Of a stretch of DNA of 64,000 nucleotides, positions 12,901-27,900 are shown piece by piece. The notes below the pieces were generated by a model. It did no database searches and was not told the origin of the DNA. It saw only the letters and a program-made list of their open reading frames with translations. Location: contig NMRA01000634.1 in NCBI GenBank assembly GCA_002633005.1, positions 62,001 to 126,000 on the forward strand, read 5' to 3'. A program made the translations under genes and the position numbers. This DNA comes from Phoronis australis (lineage: Eukaryota; Animalia; Phoronida). Each line of letters opens with the position of its first letter. Within the stretch, counting starts at the first letter, position 1.

Positions 12901-15900
12901 TTTCTCAGCTAAGCAGTGCTTACCTCAATCAAGTTGTTATTTGTTTTACTTACTAAAGAAAGAGAAGTAACATAAGAAATTCAGCCAAATTATGACACCA
13001 ACGATTTAAGGAAGAAATGAAAAAATAAGTTTGATGACAGACAAAAACACAAACATTCCCTTCAAGGAGCAATTGTGTTTATTGTTTGGAGCAAAATTGT
13101 AAAAAATCTGATAAATGATCAAATTGAAAAATCCCGCCATGTGGTGTGAAATTAAGTATTTTGATCATGCACACACCGAACATGGGAACCAGTGTCCTGT
13201 GATGACTCTAGTTTGCTTTCTTCTGTTACAGGTCATGGAGTTATCAAGAAAGTTGTTTGTTACCCAAACCAACTGTCACTTAAGTGTCCTATTGGCAAAG
13301 TTCTTCGTATACACAAGGCAAATTATGGGCGTACGTCATCTAATGTACCCAACTGCGGAGTTACTGTAAGTATAAGAAGCAATCCAACAATTAATTCCTA
13401 CGCTAGGTCACTGCAGTGGCGCAGCCCCGGGGCCGTGTTAGTCAAGGGAGCCCGCCGGCGCAGTAAAACAAAACAGAACAAAAGTTTCACAATAAAATAA
13501 TCAAATATTCCCAAGGGTTTGGGCCATTCGTCTTCGTTTGGATTAATTTGGGGCTTTTAGATTCAAAACTCACTAGAAGTCATCATAAGAATGTCTCTCC
13601 TCATCACTCTAACCAATAATCATGCTATCAACAATGGTTCAAAAATCAAATTAAAATGTTACAGGCTTAATGAATTATTCCTACACCTCTAATTCTGTAA
13701 TTTGCTGTTAAATTTCAACAGTTTTTTTTATTAAAATGATTCTTTTTTGAAAAAATGCATTTTAAAATGTGAGTAGACTTAATGTTTTATGGGGATTATA
13801 ATAACCCAGGAGATGGTGGTGGAATAGGGGGAACTGAATTACTTTCAGAGGAGCAATTTTCCAGGAAAATATATCTATAGTGATTTTGACTATTGCACCA
13901 TCGAAGATAAACCACGTGTTCAGTTTACTTTTGATGCCATAAAACACGATATCCAGTCCGCTGAAAACGCCAATACCCACCCCTCCCCCCAAAAAAATAG
14001 AACATCGCTCCTCAGTAGCCCTTGAACCAACTAGTAAAAGACATTTTAAATGAACGAGCCAAAGTTATGTATTACTTTATAATTGTTGATGATACGCCTG
14101 AACTTGTTCATATGGAACAACATGTGTTCATCTTGCGCTATATTCTCTTCGCCAATGAAGCACAGAAATACGAAGTCCAACAAAGATTTCTATAATTCGT
14201 AGATTACAGTTTCCCTAAACATTTACACCGGTCTGAGGATTTTTCATAGCCTGCCTACGACAATCGCCCAGTGTTATTGCAAGAATAAGCAATGGTCATG
14301 TACCAAAATAAACTGACCGGTTCAGGAACTCCTGTGGGAATCATTCTTTCAAAGGAAATCACATCATACTTGAATGCACTGCGTCTACAGAACCCACTGG
14401 GTAGCGTAACCCAAGACACTCGCAAGACTTGCAGAGATGCTTAAGGATCCAGAAAAGAGTATTTCGTCTCAGCATTTTTTATTTAACATTCCAGCCTCAC
14501 CGACCAATCATCTCAGTGACCGTCACTCGCGTGATTTTGCGTGGTCTCGCAAAACTCGCAAGAAACTAGTGCTACAGAAGGCACCCTTGATACACGCTCG
14601 ATATCNTCTTCGCCAATGAAGCACAGAAATACGAAGTCCAACAAAGATTTCTATAATTCGTAGATTACAGTTTCCCTAAACGTTTACACCGGTCTGAGGA
14701 TTTTTCATAGCCTGCCTACGACAATCGCCCAGTGTTATTGCAAGAATAAACAATGGTCTTTGTTCCACCATGTACCAAAATAAACTGACCGGTTCAGGAA
14801 CTCCTGTGGGAATCATTCTTTCAAAGGAAATCACATCATACTTGAATGCACTGCGTCTACAGAACCCACTGGGTAGCGTAACCCAAGACACTCGCAAGAC
14901 TTGCAGAGATGCTTAAGGATCCAGAAAAGAGTATTTCGTCTCAGCATTTTTTATTTAACATTCCAGCCTCACCGACCAATCATCTCAGTGACCGTCACTC
15001 GCGTGATTTTGCGTGGTTTCGCAAAACTCGCAAGAAACTAGTGCTACAGAAGGCACCCTTGATACACGCTCGATATCTCAAAAGCAACCTGGCCGGATCT
15101 TGATGAAATCTAGCACAATGATGTAAAGCGTCACACTTGACATTTTTAATTAGTCCTCCTCACCCCAGGACCAGTGGGACAAGGCTTTTCATTGTTTTCG
15201 AGATGAAAGTTTTAGGATGATATCTAGAGCACCGATGGACGTACTTTATTGAAACTTCAAACAATGCACGTGCACTAATTGATTTTCGGGAGGATTCCAC
15301 CACTGCAGCACCCTGGCCTGGTGTTCCGTTGTTCAATTGTCCTATCCAGATCTCAAAAGCCGCAGGTCTTGCTTTGATGATGAAATGAGGGACACTAATT
15401 TGTCACATGCCACCTTTCCATATGCCCCTTATGTATTTTTGGGAAGTGCATTCCCCGATGATATATAGAACTGATTGAACGATTCCAATGAAACTTAATA
15501 TATGAATACGTGATTGCAATGCATCAGCACATGTCACCTTTTTGGCAAATTCGACATCTGAAGCGCTCCCTAGTTGTAGTTTGGTTTTCACAAGGGACAT
15601 TTCAGTATTTTGGGAGGAAAGGCGTTTCCGGATATCTCAGACAGTTTTTCTGATATGTGACGTCAGTGGGCAGTTTCCAGTCGATTTTCGGGCTGATTGA
15701 CCACTGCATATATATGTTTTGATCAGATTACAACAACCACTGAGCTCGTTCTTTCGCTTGGTGTCGATTTGCCAAACCTCATGATTGTTCGCTATGAAAC
15801 GAAGTAGACTAGGCCTGCAAATATCGGATACCAAGTGCTGGGTCCATTTGCGGCATGTTTTATTTCTTTCTTGCAGATGTTGAAAACTGTACATTTTTAA

Positions 15901-18900
15901 GTTTTTGGTTCAATGGTAGTTTTAAAAGGTGAGGTACCAACAATTTTGCAACTTCCTCTTGTAGTCCATCTGCTGTCACCTTTTAACTTATAAGATACTC
16001 ATGAGCACCTGTAGACACATAACGTTCAAGGTGCACTGTGGACGCATGCCAATGTTTCGCGTTGCTCTTATTCGCAGAAATACATGGTCGACTGCATATC
16101 GACGTCCAGTTTCACTATTATTCACAACGCTTGTCACAACAAGACTTCGTGTACAGTTGAACAATCAACCGCAGTGTTTGGTGATCCCTGTGTTGGAGAA
16201 AGAAAATACATCGAAGTGGACTACGACTGTGTTGAAGGTAGGCTAGGCTAGCAACTTCTCATTTCAACTCTTAAGGTAACGTGGGACTCTTTTCAAATAT
16301 CTACAATACTATAGAATTTAACTTTGTAAAAGTAATTTTTTTTAAAAGTATAATTCAATCTCTACTCTCTTTCAGTTTGCCGTGGCGTGACCATGTCTTA
16401 TCAAAAGTAAATGACAAATAATGATCGACGTTCGTAACAAGACAACTTGATGAATAGCACAAACAAATTAAAAATGATATAAATGTTCAAGACGACACCT
16501 CAAAAACGATTTTACAGTTTTCTAAATTATCATTTCGTCCCTCTTGCCAAAATGGAACACTTTATAAACAAATCCTAACATAAAGCACATATCTGATAGA
16601 TTCCAATCAGCCATCTTTGATATCAGATCTTCCAGAGTTGGTCAAATTTAGACATTTTTGTGGATCTCACATAATGTTAAAGTGTATCAACGACTTTCAT
16701 TTCTTATAGTGAGCATTCTATGGGAAACCTGCTAATTTCATCCCATTTCTTCATAAAACTCCAATATGCTTCAGTTTTAAGATTCCGAACAAAAGGCAGC
16801 GAACCTGTCACGAGATAGTTCGCGAACAGATGCTTCTGTTCATGTTTGCGCCCACAAATGCAACGTAGTTGATCCTGAACCGAAGGCGTGCCAGATCACG
16901 TGACGCGAAGTCTGACCTTTGACCAAAAGATATACGTCACATTTAATCACGTGATGTTTCCGAGGTCATGTTTTTAATCACACGCCATCAAGACACTGGT
17001 TGTTTTCGTTTTACAAGTTGTCTACGTTGATTTAATGTATGAATTACAAATTAATGTTGCTACACCTTCTTAATATTCGTTCTGTTTGCAGAATTGAACA
17101 CTTGTACCGTGTTAGAGCCGTTGGCTAGTTTCGCTTGGAAAGATGTATCGTGTAACAAATCTGATGTGGGATATATATGTAAAAAAGGTGAGGAAATTTG
17201 CTGATGATGATCAATACAGCCAAAAAATACAAGATCGTTGTACTGGTTTGATTTGAATCAGCCATTAGACATGCAATCCGTCGTCTAAGAAGTGAACTTT
17301 TGATTTTAATTAGACCATATACTGCTATAAAACAGGCCCGAACGTGTCCCTTACTCATATGAGAATGAATTTCTGGTCGCCCCCAGAGCTGACACTTCGC
17401 TTTTAAGACCGTGCTCAGCACATAGAATAATATGACGTCTCAAGACATGTTGTAGTGCCTGGTTTCAAACAGTAGCGAACTTTCACGCCTGTAGAAGCTC
17501 TGAAATCCCCCTAATTTAATTAAGGAACAAGAGACCAATTTCATACAGGTAAGTGGTCTAAATCCGATTTTATAGAAGGCAGATTGGTAACCCCTTTTAA
17601 TCTTAACCCAAATTTGGAGAATAATGCACACCAGACAGACCACTTTTGAATGGCGTTTACGTTTACCCCATGACCAATTGATGACGCAATGGTGTCAATT
17701 CGCTCCTTTCGAATGCTCTGGTCAACGAGACACTGTTAAATTTGCAAGGTCAAGTTTACTCTCGAATTTAGCCATTATGAACATTGGAATCTGTTGTCCA
17801 TCACTAACATCTGGTTCTCTATTGGTCAATAAAGGATGAGGTCAGCCGCGGCTGTACTTTAAGGAGAATGCCAGCCAAAAAACAATCTATTTTGTATCAA
17901 TTTATATCGAATAGTTCCACACAATAACAACAAGTTCAGTTATTTTACTTGACACATGACGGCTGACGGAGGTGTTGCAATTAACCAATGATATCACAGG
18001 CTCGAACGCAGTCTGGTCAGCAGTTCACAACACGCTTGCTGGTATAGCTTGAATTCATCTTTTTACGCCAATAAATCACCAAAATTCGAAGTAAAACCCT
18101 TACAAACACATCGCGTTCTTGAACAAACGTTTTGTCTTATTCCTCTTTTACGGATTTATAGGTAATTGAAAGTACCGTTGCCAGAATTCGATAGGCCAAT
18201 GTACCAAAGCGGTCGCGAAAGTTTGGGGTGTGTTCGGTAATAAACTCGAATTGTTCTTCCTTGAGATACAGAAAGGAGAACATAGCTGTGTATTTTAATT
18301 TTAGTCTATCGATTTTTTCATTTATAAATACACAAAACGCTTGTTATCCCGGCCAGTGACTCGGAACGCGATCAGGCCCGTCACGGGCGCGCTGAAGACA
18401 TCACGAACATAAACCAGCAGAAGTTGGAAACTAAACTTCTAGTCACAAAAACTAGAGAGCCAAAGAAGTAATGCGTATTTTGGTGAATTGGCTACGAAAC
18501 TGCAAATCTATTTACTCCTCGGGGTCGCGAAGTCAGGTTCCCCTTTCCCTTCCACAGGCCTTGGTGCCCGGTCAATTAGCTTTAATGCATCTAAAGCCGG
18601 TAACGCAGTGATTTATTTGTTGCTGGCTTCTCAAAACATATGCACTCACGAACACTCTAATGAGACAGACTTTGACATTTTGTTTCAGTTTTATACATGC
18701 ATTTAATTAGTTAGAGTGAGAATTATTCATTTCGAAACAGAACACACAGAAATAAACGTCAATATGGCAACTTGCAATCCCGACTTAGAAGAGTGCTCAT
18801 CAGTTTTTCTGTCCTGGCATGAGCTATTTGGAACGCCGGCTCTTGTAAGTGAAATCACTTACGACAAAATGCCGGCCACAGACACGGCGATGTTTCACGG

Positions 18901-21900
18901 CCTTATACTTGATAATAACGGCTTACTTTTCATTCTTCATTGCCGTGAGTCACTTTCGAAGAATTTTGGGCTCTCGAGGAAATCGAAAAACGATAGACCC
19001 GCTTTCCTCGCAGCTTCATATTTCGCATAAGCGGGAACGATATACCACATCATAGCGGCACTCGATTACTCTGTAGAAGAACCACTGACTTCGCTGCCTC
19101 GTTTACTCACCTTCCACATAGGTTAACGTGACAACTCTAGGTAAGGTAAGATCGACCGTATACGAGAAGATGCAGATATAGACCGACTTATACAGTAAAA
19201 ATGACCAATTAAATCGGGTGGCATTCTCCTTTACATCAGCTGAACGTAAAACGCAAAGTTTCCAACCTTAACCGTCTCTTAGAATTAATAAACAACAGAT
19301 GAGAGAAATGAGAGACAATTTATAACGGTGAGGTACGCAAACAAACCAGATCGTAGCGTAGTACGGTAAAAAATCTGATCAAAAGACCCCGGTTTCCAGA
19401 TGTAAACAAGACTCAAATGCTAACGATAGAGACTGGATTTTACATTACCAAATGTTCTTTTCCTGCTTATCTACCGGGCCAGTGTGCATTTGCTACGCAT
19501 GCGCAACCCAAATTCTTGAACTACTGTATGATGAAAGTACATGTATTGTATATGTACTAATATTACAGAATTGACCCCGTTGTTGACCTTGATCGTTTCG
19601 ACCATCCTCTTTAATGACCGATGTCAGACGATCATAGTAAATTTTGCTATTTCCAGCTCGCCAGACTTACTCCCCTTTGGATTGCACTTCTGTTAGTGGA
19701 AATAGCGAGTCTGCGACGTGCCCCGCAGGTAACGTATACCTCAAATCATAACTTTTCCTTCACAATGACACTTTCGATCATCTAGTTATCTGTTCCTTTT
19801 ATTGAGGGTCATCAAGAGGTTTGAAGACATTGTGGGTAACAAAAAATCTTCTTGAATAATTGTTTTTCCTGCCAAAATATGAGCATGTCTCAGTCAATGA
19901 GCTCGTGCCACTAGGCAATCAGCAAATTTTAAATGCATGTAAAATACACGTCAAATGTTGAAAAATCAGATTATCATTTGTTAAAAAACTATATTGTACA
20001 CACAGCCCCGTGCCAAATTGATGCCAATTCTTTAAAGAGATAAGTAATGCCGCACATCAAACGCTGTAATATCGAGTTTACATCTTACAACTCCTAAGTG
20101 ACGGGGGCAAAGCTCGATCGATTCTTTTGCCTGGGTTCGGGCAATACATGTAATTGGTGGATCGCAGGAAAAACTGCATCCTTTCTGGCGTGTCAAACAA
20201 TCAGCACAAATCGTACTTGCGCTAACCACGTCCATGGATTTCTGAAAATGTACTGACAATCTCCGCCCGTCGGGTTGTCTGCTGGCGTCCAGCGAATGAG
20301 AAATGTCCGGACATCGGAATACTTTCAAATTTACTCTGTGCAACTATTGGTTATTTTTCACTCCGACGCCAACCCCACGCTCCTGGTCTCCCAACTTCAC
20401 GCCAATACGTCCATTATCGCCCAGACAGTCATCAGATCGTGGTTGGATGCTTTATACGACTTAGACTTCGGCCTAAGTCTTTTAATTCCTACTTACATGT
20501 ATGTCTCGGTCACAAAGGGCGTTGACGTCAAATATCATCAATTACTAATCGGATGAAAAATTACCCAATCACGCTAAGTATTGGGAATATCATTAGCACT
20601 CAATCAGCGCTACTGGCCGAGCATAACCCAGTATGCTACTAAGGCTTGGCAATTCACGCATTGACAGCTATACCTGTCCTGCTTCATTTCTAATTTTTTA
20701 TGACCTCTTCTTAAATTTCAGACTTCCCACAGGGAGTCGCCTGTCGATGTTCGTGTGCTAATGGCCGATGGAAACATTATCGACGTATATGCGACTGTTC
20801 TCTCTGCAGCTCCAACGCCGTTAGTGTGGCGCGCTGTTGCAAACCTCACTCAGGCTATTCACCCGGCCCCGACTACAAAGCGTCTGTTGAATGCGTAGAA
20901 AATCGTCAAACACCCCTAATCGCAGGACCCAGTGCAACTTGCCCAACAAGTAGGTAGACTTGCCCTTCCAGCAACTTGAACAAATAAGTCAATTTGTGGA
21001 AATACAAACCTCTTAGGTGTCGCTTAAATATCTTAGACTTTCTGCAATTTTGCCTGTGTAGGAGAATGCTTCTGCCAAATTGTGCGAAGCACAATCATGA
21101 TTTTTATACACCTATGCTACCTGTAGTATTCGTAGCTTATGATATTAAGCTCAAACTGCTGAACAGTTTGATACCAGTAGCCGTACAATGACGTTTTTAT
21201 GGGGTGCCAGTCACGAATCACGTGAGAATCCTCTCTCACTAATGTCAGATGTTATTTCTGCAAATTGGCGAATCTTTGATTGGTTTATCCTCTGTCACAG
21301 CGCATCCCAGATGTATGGATTTCTTGCTTTAGTTTACCAAATTCGCATAACCAGGTATATCTTTACGGTCATAATCTCACGTTGCATTGACTTTGCGTCA
21401 GGAGCACCTATTTCACAGAAAAGTAGACCTCAGTCATTTATATCCACTGCATAGGCGAGTTCAAGAGAGGGCCCAGGGCCACACACCCCACCCACCCTTA
21501 CGGTCACGACCTTCTAAAAATAAAAACGCCCTTCTTAGGAACAAAAGAATATTTTTGTCTTCGAAAATTGTGGTTGAGTTCTCCTTTAGACATCCTAGTT
21601 CCACCAGTGCACTGTTGCTTAAATATCGTGCAGATTCTCTGTAAAAGGTACATTGCACCAAAAGAGTCTCCCACGTCCGCTGTCCACGTCTTCTCAAACT
21701 ATAGAAAAAGCTGTAAAACACCAAAGAAAAATGAAATAATGTGCTTTTTGGACCAGCCTGCAATACCGTCATGTGCTATATGATTCCATAACTACATTGG
21801 CCAAATAAACTCGGTCAGTTTACACAATCCAATCGATTTACACTCCCTTGACTTATATCTTTTAGATAGATTCTTTGGCATTCCACCAACTGTCAGAGGT

Positions 21901-24900
21901 CACTTAGAGGAAACATTTAGATATTCTCAGGAAAAACGCATTGGCTATTGGTAATTAGCGTTGATATGAATGTCGTTCTGCAGATTTCCCAACAGCCACC
22001 GACTGCTCGTGTGGTGGCTGCAGTGCAGACTTTGAAATTATCAACGACAACACGTGCAAATGTTCTTCTGCCACGACTGACTGGGCCACAGCACAGTGTT
22101 GTAGGATCGTATACACGCCGAGATCAACAGGTTGGTTTTAAATGTTAACTCGTGTTTAAGATGGCACACCGCGCCGTGTCAAAGGAGAGAAATCAACAAA
22201 AGTGTCAGTGGAGTTTCTCAGTAGTCACGGACTTTTTTATCAACTTCGCATGCTCCCCAGTGTGACAGTAAACTAAAAATATCAACTCGCTTATTAAAAA
22301 ACCCGGAAATTGTGTGAAACAAATAGTAAATCGTTGTGGAGTTCAGAGGATGACATGTCCGTTAGACTACTCGTCAGTTTGACATGCCTGTAAACTAACC
22401 GAAAAACATCAAGGTTCAGGCCCGTCCCGACGAAGGTGAAGTGGACAACTTAGAAGGACGTGAGTTTTTTGGATTGATTGGCGCGCAACTTTCAACTTTA
22501 AAATACCAAAATCATGTGATCAGTAACCTTTCCTGTAGAAATTGTCTAAACTGAGAGCCATAGCTCCAAGCAATTCAGACAATTTCTTGCCATGAATTTC
22601 TCCCAAATATTCCCCCCAAATGCTCACCGATGCAGAATTTTCCAAATTTTGCCATATGGACGTACTTTCGGAGCCATGGTTTGCAGGATTTTCTGAACTG
22701 TGATGAGCGATTGTCAAGCAAAGAAAAGGCTTTGTGAGAAACAGACCAAATTTCGGCTTACCTACAAAATAAATTTAATAGTCTCTTATCTGGACTCATT
22801 GTTTCTCATTCCGTGTAAATGTCCGAAAATGCGGCATGGCTTACATTTGGAGCTTGACAGTTGAACGTACGCCATATGACAATCGGTTTGACGCGTGGTG
22901 TGCCACTATAAATTGCTTCTCTATAGGAAATGTTGCGGAGCAGTACTTTCCTTATACAATGTAGACCAGTCGCCTAGAGCACTTAGCATAGATGAACGAG
23001 ATACCCACATCTGACCATGGGAGCACTTAGAGTTCAACTCAGTTTATTAGGAAATGGGCGTCTGTGGTTGTCTGAACTCTGGGTGCAACCCCTGGAGACC
23101 TTACAAGGGGGTCAAAAATGAGCAAGCCTAGATGGTTGAGGTACTTACCAAAACTGATTTAAACAAAAAGTAGCACCGCACTGAACACCGAATGACCCAT
23201 GACAGACAAATTGCAAGATGGAATGGGTCCGGCAGAAGCCAAAAAAGGACACCCAAAAATGAGCTAGCTGATACATTCGAGGTAACATAAAAACAATTCC
23301 AGGTGATTCAATACATGACACTGATCACTAAATGCCCCATGACAGACAACATAAATACTGTTTGCGCCCGCCTGAAACTTCCAAAAATTTCAACCACAGT
23401 ATGCCATTAAAAATTTGAGCTACATTAGATATTCGAAGTAGCAGCTAAAACTGAACTCTCTCCTTGCTTAAAGGTGAAGGCAACCTTTTTTCATGTCATT
23501 TTTAGCAAAAATAAGGTTTGTTGATTATCCCAGACATATTTTTTTTCACTTTATTACAGCTTTTCGTAATTGAATTAATTATTCGTTCTTTACTCTAGAA
23601 GTGACGTATTGGGAGCCAAGAATTTCGCGCCAATTTCTTTTCATATACATGTAGTCTGACTGTGGGAGCTTTCGAGCCACTCATTGTTCTACCTCGGTTG
23701 TGCTAAGTTCAGTCGTCGTACCAAGAGTTCTGTGCAGTGCTATTGTTCGTTTTAAATCAGTTTTGGCCGCTACCTCAAATATCTAGGCTAGCTCAATTTT
23801 GACCCCCTTGTAAGGTCCCCAGGGGTCCCATTCAGAATCCAGACAACGGCAGACGTCCATATTCGTATACACTGAGGCAGACTCTAATACTCCTATGGTC
23901 AGATATTGGTACCTCTTTCATCTATGCTAAGTGCTCTGGGCTGCCGGTCTATTAGTTCTCTGCACAGTAATTGTGCGGCCACAGTAAACATACCAACTTT
24001 CGCGCGTATGCATAGTTTAGGCATTTGCGTTTAGCATACACAGATCTTAACCGTGAGTGACGCCTAAATATTAACAACGGATTTAACACCACTCTGCATT
24101 TCAAATAAGCCGTGAATATTTTCGCAGATCCGTTGGTTGTAGTTAAGCAGTATGTTTTAACTAACGGACAAAGCTGAGTTTTATACAACTGTAGAGTCTG
24201 CTTTTCAGATTTTCTGATCACGGCGTGCCTCAGTTCAGTTCTAGTCAGTGGCATAGTGACGAATGTTAAACCAGTGTCAACTCTCGCCGTCTTTGCTTAC
24301 GTAAAAGAAAACAGCCTCTACTGTAATGACTGCAGGTTCGATCATTGTTTTATTGAAATTGTAGGTACGTATCTTGCAGACAGATACTTGTCAATAGACG
24401 GCATCGTAATCGACGGACAAGATGATTGGACACCTTTGGGTGTGACGTCAGAGGATGAGTGTTTGCAAGCTTGTGAAAATCAGGTGATTAATTACCATGA
24501 CGACAACAATATTCTTTATATGTTCTCATGCTGTCTACGTCATGCAAATCATTTGGTTACAATGACGTTTGACACAAGTAGTGCAGGAAGGGGGCAATCC
24601 TTGTTTATATTCGAGCCCCAGTTCAAATACCATTCCACAACCTGCTGTTCTTGTCCTTGGACCAATTTGCTTCATTTAAGTCACTAACTATCGGCTACTA
24701 TTGTCAAAGCACACCTAACGCTAGAAAATAACTTCAGGGATATAACAAACAGTGTGAAGGGGTGTATCAACGGTGCGTTTACATTTAAAAATCAGAATAA
24801 CAGAACACCTTGTTGAGGTCTACTTGTTAATTTTAGGCTGGTTGTAATTCTGTTGAGTTCAAGTCGTCTGATAGCACCTGTCGACTGAGCGGGTCCGCAA

Positions 24901-27900
24901 TAAAGCATGTCGGCCTATCAGGGTTACTGCAACAACAGTCGGGATATACGTACTACGAGAGGCTGGACGGGGAAGGTAAGGATATGTAAATCATCACAGG
25001 AGACACGATCTTTATCCAACCATTTTGTCATTGCTGTCATTTATTCTACTGCACTATTGTTAGTGATGGAATAGTTCCGACAAACGCGATCGGGCTATGC
25101 GCATCATGGTTCTAATACGATTATTTAGTAGTGTCTTGGGTTGACCACGAGGCCACATTTCCGTAAGTCACAGGAGCTGTCACCTACATTGTACATGCGT
25201 TCTACATGCTTTCTTATTTTAGCAATTCACATCTATATCACATTAAACGAAATACAATAAAAAGGTTTGGAAATGGTTATGAAATTAAATTGCTTTCACT
25301 GTGTGCTTCTGTTTACCCACACATTTAATCAGGTGATCGTGACACGTGCTCCATGAATTTATCAGGGACATACAAGTTTCCTTGCTACCCCTTCGTAAAT
25401 CCTTGAGCTGCATTGTAAGTGCTCCTAAGGCATCGTAAAACCATCTTTACGCTTTTGTTAGCAACCAGTACTTGTGGGACACAGGTGGTGGAATAACACG
25501 CCGTGACAACTCATAGGACATGGTCTCCAACAATAACGAGCTGTCAGTTCTGTTGAAATCTTGAAATCACTTCAACATGAAGGAGCAGTTTGAGATTAAT
25601 TACGAAATGGCTTGTTGTATAAAAATCAAAAAAATTTTGTGATGTATTGCCGCTTAAAGACGAAAACTAATTTGATCAAGATAAAGAAAATCTTAGATTG
25701 AGCTAAAAGAGTTCAAACTGTAGTGCAAGATCTTGTTTGGTCTCTGGAAATACTCACTACATTAGGACAAAACCCAATCCGATGGTACTCGAGTCATATC
25801 ACCGGATCAGAAGAACTAATAGTTTCTAATAACCACCACCGTGTGGCAGTGCGATCATTTGCTGCTTATGCCGAGTAGTCTACCTGAAACTGTTTCTCCT
25901 AAGGAAAGATACGGCGACTCAGTTGGGACACTGAAAAACTCCCTTTCCGCCATGTCAAATTAGCATTCCGCCCGGGCAAATTAGTAATCTTCCGAGAGAC
26001 ATGTAGTTTAGTATTCCGACCTGGCCGATTACTAATCTGCAAGCCACGCGGAATGCTAATCTCGTATTTCGTCATTTTATTGATTCATTGTCTTAACTGA
26101 GTCATGGCTTCAAAAACTCATTTTTGAGAATTGCCTTTGCGAAGGACAGGTCCCGTCAATCTCTACAGGCCAATTTGTATTGTTATCCATTTGTACACCT
26201 TTTGACTTGCAACTTTTGTTATTTATGTCTTAAGGGGCCAGATTACCTCAGAAAAGTTTTACAATGTAAGTAATTTCGTAAAATCGTAGGAAAACACGAG
26301 ACCGAGTTTGTGGACTGCAACTTTTCGTTTTAGGAGACATCCGAAATTACTTCCACAAGTTTGACGGTGTTTACCTATCTGGTGTCACTGCTATTGATAC
26401 CATACGCGACTCCACGTTGACTTTGACTTCATGCATGACTATTTGCTTGGAGGACAGCTCGTGCAAATCGACGGATTTCGATTCGTCAACAAAAACATGC
26501 TACTTGCGAGGTGGAAACAGCTTTGATGGAACTCTCACTTTGTCCAGATATTACTACCACTTTGATCTGATCACGAGTACCCCAGGTGAGAATTTTTTAC
26601 CTTTTACGAGACAGGGCAGCGCGTGAAGTCGTCTGTGTATAAATTGAGAGTAATCGCTATTTTGTCAGTGTTACGAGCGCCTGTTTTATCAGATCGTAAG
26701 CCCGATCGTAAATAAAGAATAGCGACACGTTATTGCAAATGCAATGAAAACAAATACAGATGCAACTGATGTAGAGTTGACTGTCATATTCATATCAAAC
26801 AACCATCATAACCACCATCATAAATTGTGTGCGCGACGACCTTGGCCTCGTCTCATTGAAGGTCTTAAGTCCAGTCGTAGCTGTAGCGTAGACGGTCGTA
26901 GGCACGTTACTGCAAACGCGGTGGTGTATTAGTACTGCCTTCACGAGCACCACAGTGTGTTTACCTAAATGTATACACAGCAATTGCCAAGGTAAGGTTT
27001 TGTCTTCAATAACCTGCAACTACGATTGTGACTTTGTATTATATAGACCAGACAGGGAGTAGTCTACCTTTAATTAAATGTGTCCAGGCATGCGTTCTGT
27101 GAACGTTAACTTCCTTGCGTAAGGTTAGTGTGGTTACGTGCTTTGCATGTTGTGAACAATAATATCTTGCTTGATCTTACGTACTCAAGAGGACGTCGGG
27201 TCTAAGGAATGCTGCTCAGATCAACGGGAGAGGAGGAGGTACATGTATATATCGCTTAGTAACTTGATGAAACTCTTGTACTATGAGTCCCTGCTCTTAG
27301 ATGCCCATGCGTACTTTTTGAAGATATTTTTCTGGTGCTGAAAGAATTTGCTGTCCAAGAAGGTGGGAATGTTTAACCATCTTTCCATAGCCTTTGGGAG
27401 ATACTACATAGAAATTTCTTGGAACATTCATCACCACCGCCGTCATGGCAACTTCCAAATCCCAGCAACACCTAAGCATATCCCTACAAAGGCCGTCGTT
27501 AACAATTTTCAACCTTGGTCATTATGTTGTCACAGCACGTAAAAATGATAAAGATTTTGTGGCGAATGCTGATCGCTGTACTTTATACAGCAAAAAAGAA
27601 ATGAGTGTTGCGTTATGTCATAATGGGATTGACGTTCGTCAAACAAGAAATAAATCTGAAAACCCCACTGACATCACATTTCAATGGGTTTTTGGATGCC
27701 CGAGAGAATGAAATCAACCTGACCGAAAACATAGAATGTACACGTATCTTTCCAGGCGACATTAGTGATGGATATTCCACTAATCGAAAACCATGAAAAT
27801 GCCAGTAGCATGGTCACTGTGGCAATCACCAGAATTGTCGGAGTAGTGGAGTCTTTTGTCAACTTTATGAAACTGCTCTTCAATGCAACATAAAACACGT

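Noticed and set aside
10541-13231. A conventional third C-type lectin exon before the SUEL domain
   Set aside because: The candidate acceptors tried (about 10964, 11256, 12093, 12541, 12655) hit stops or lack C...WxD..C...IC; the matching exon is at 17092-17187.
16001-16246. ORF-track translation MSTCRH... as the coding frame
   Set aside because: The SUEL motifs are in a different frame starting at 16078.
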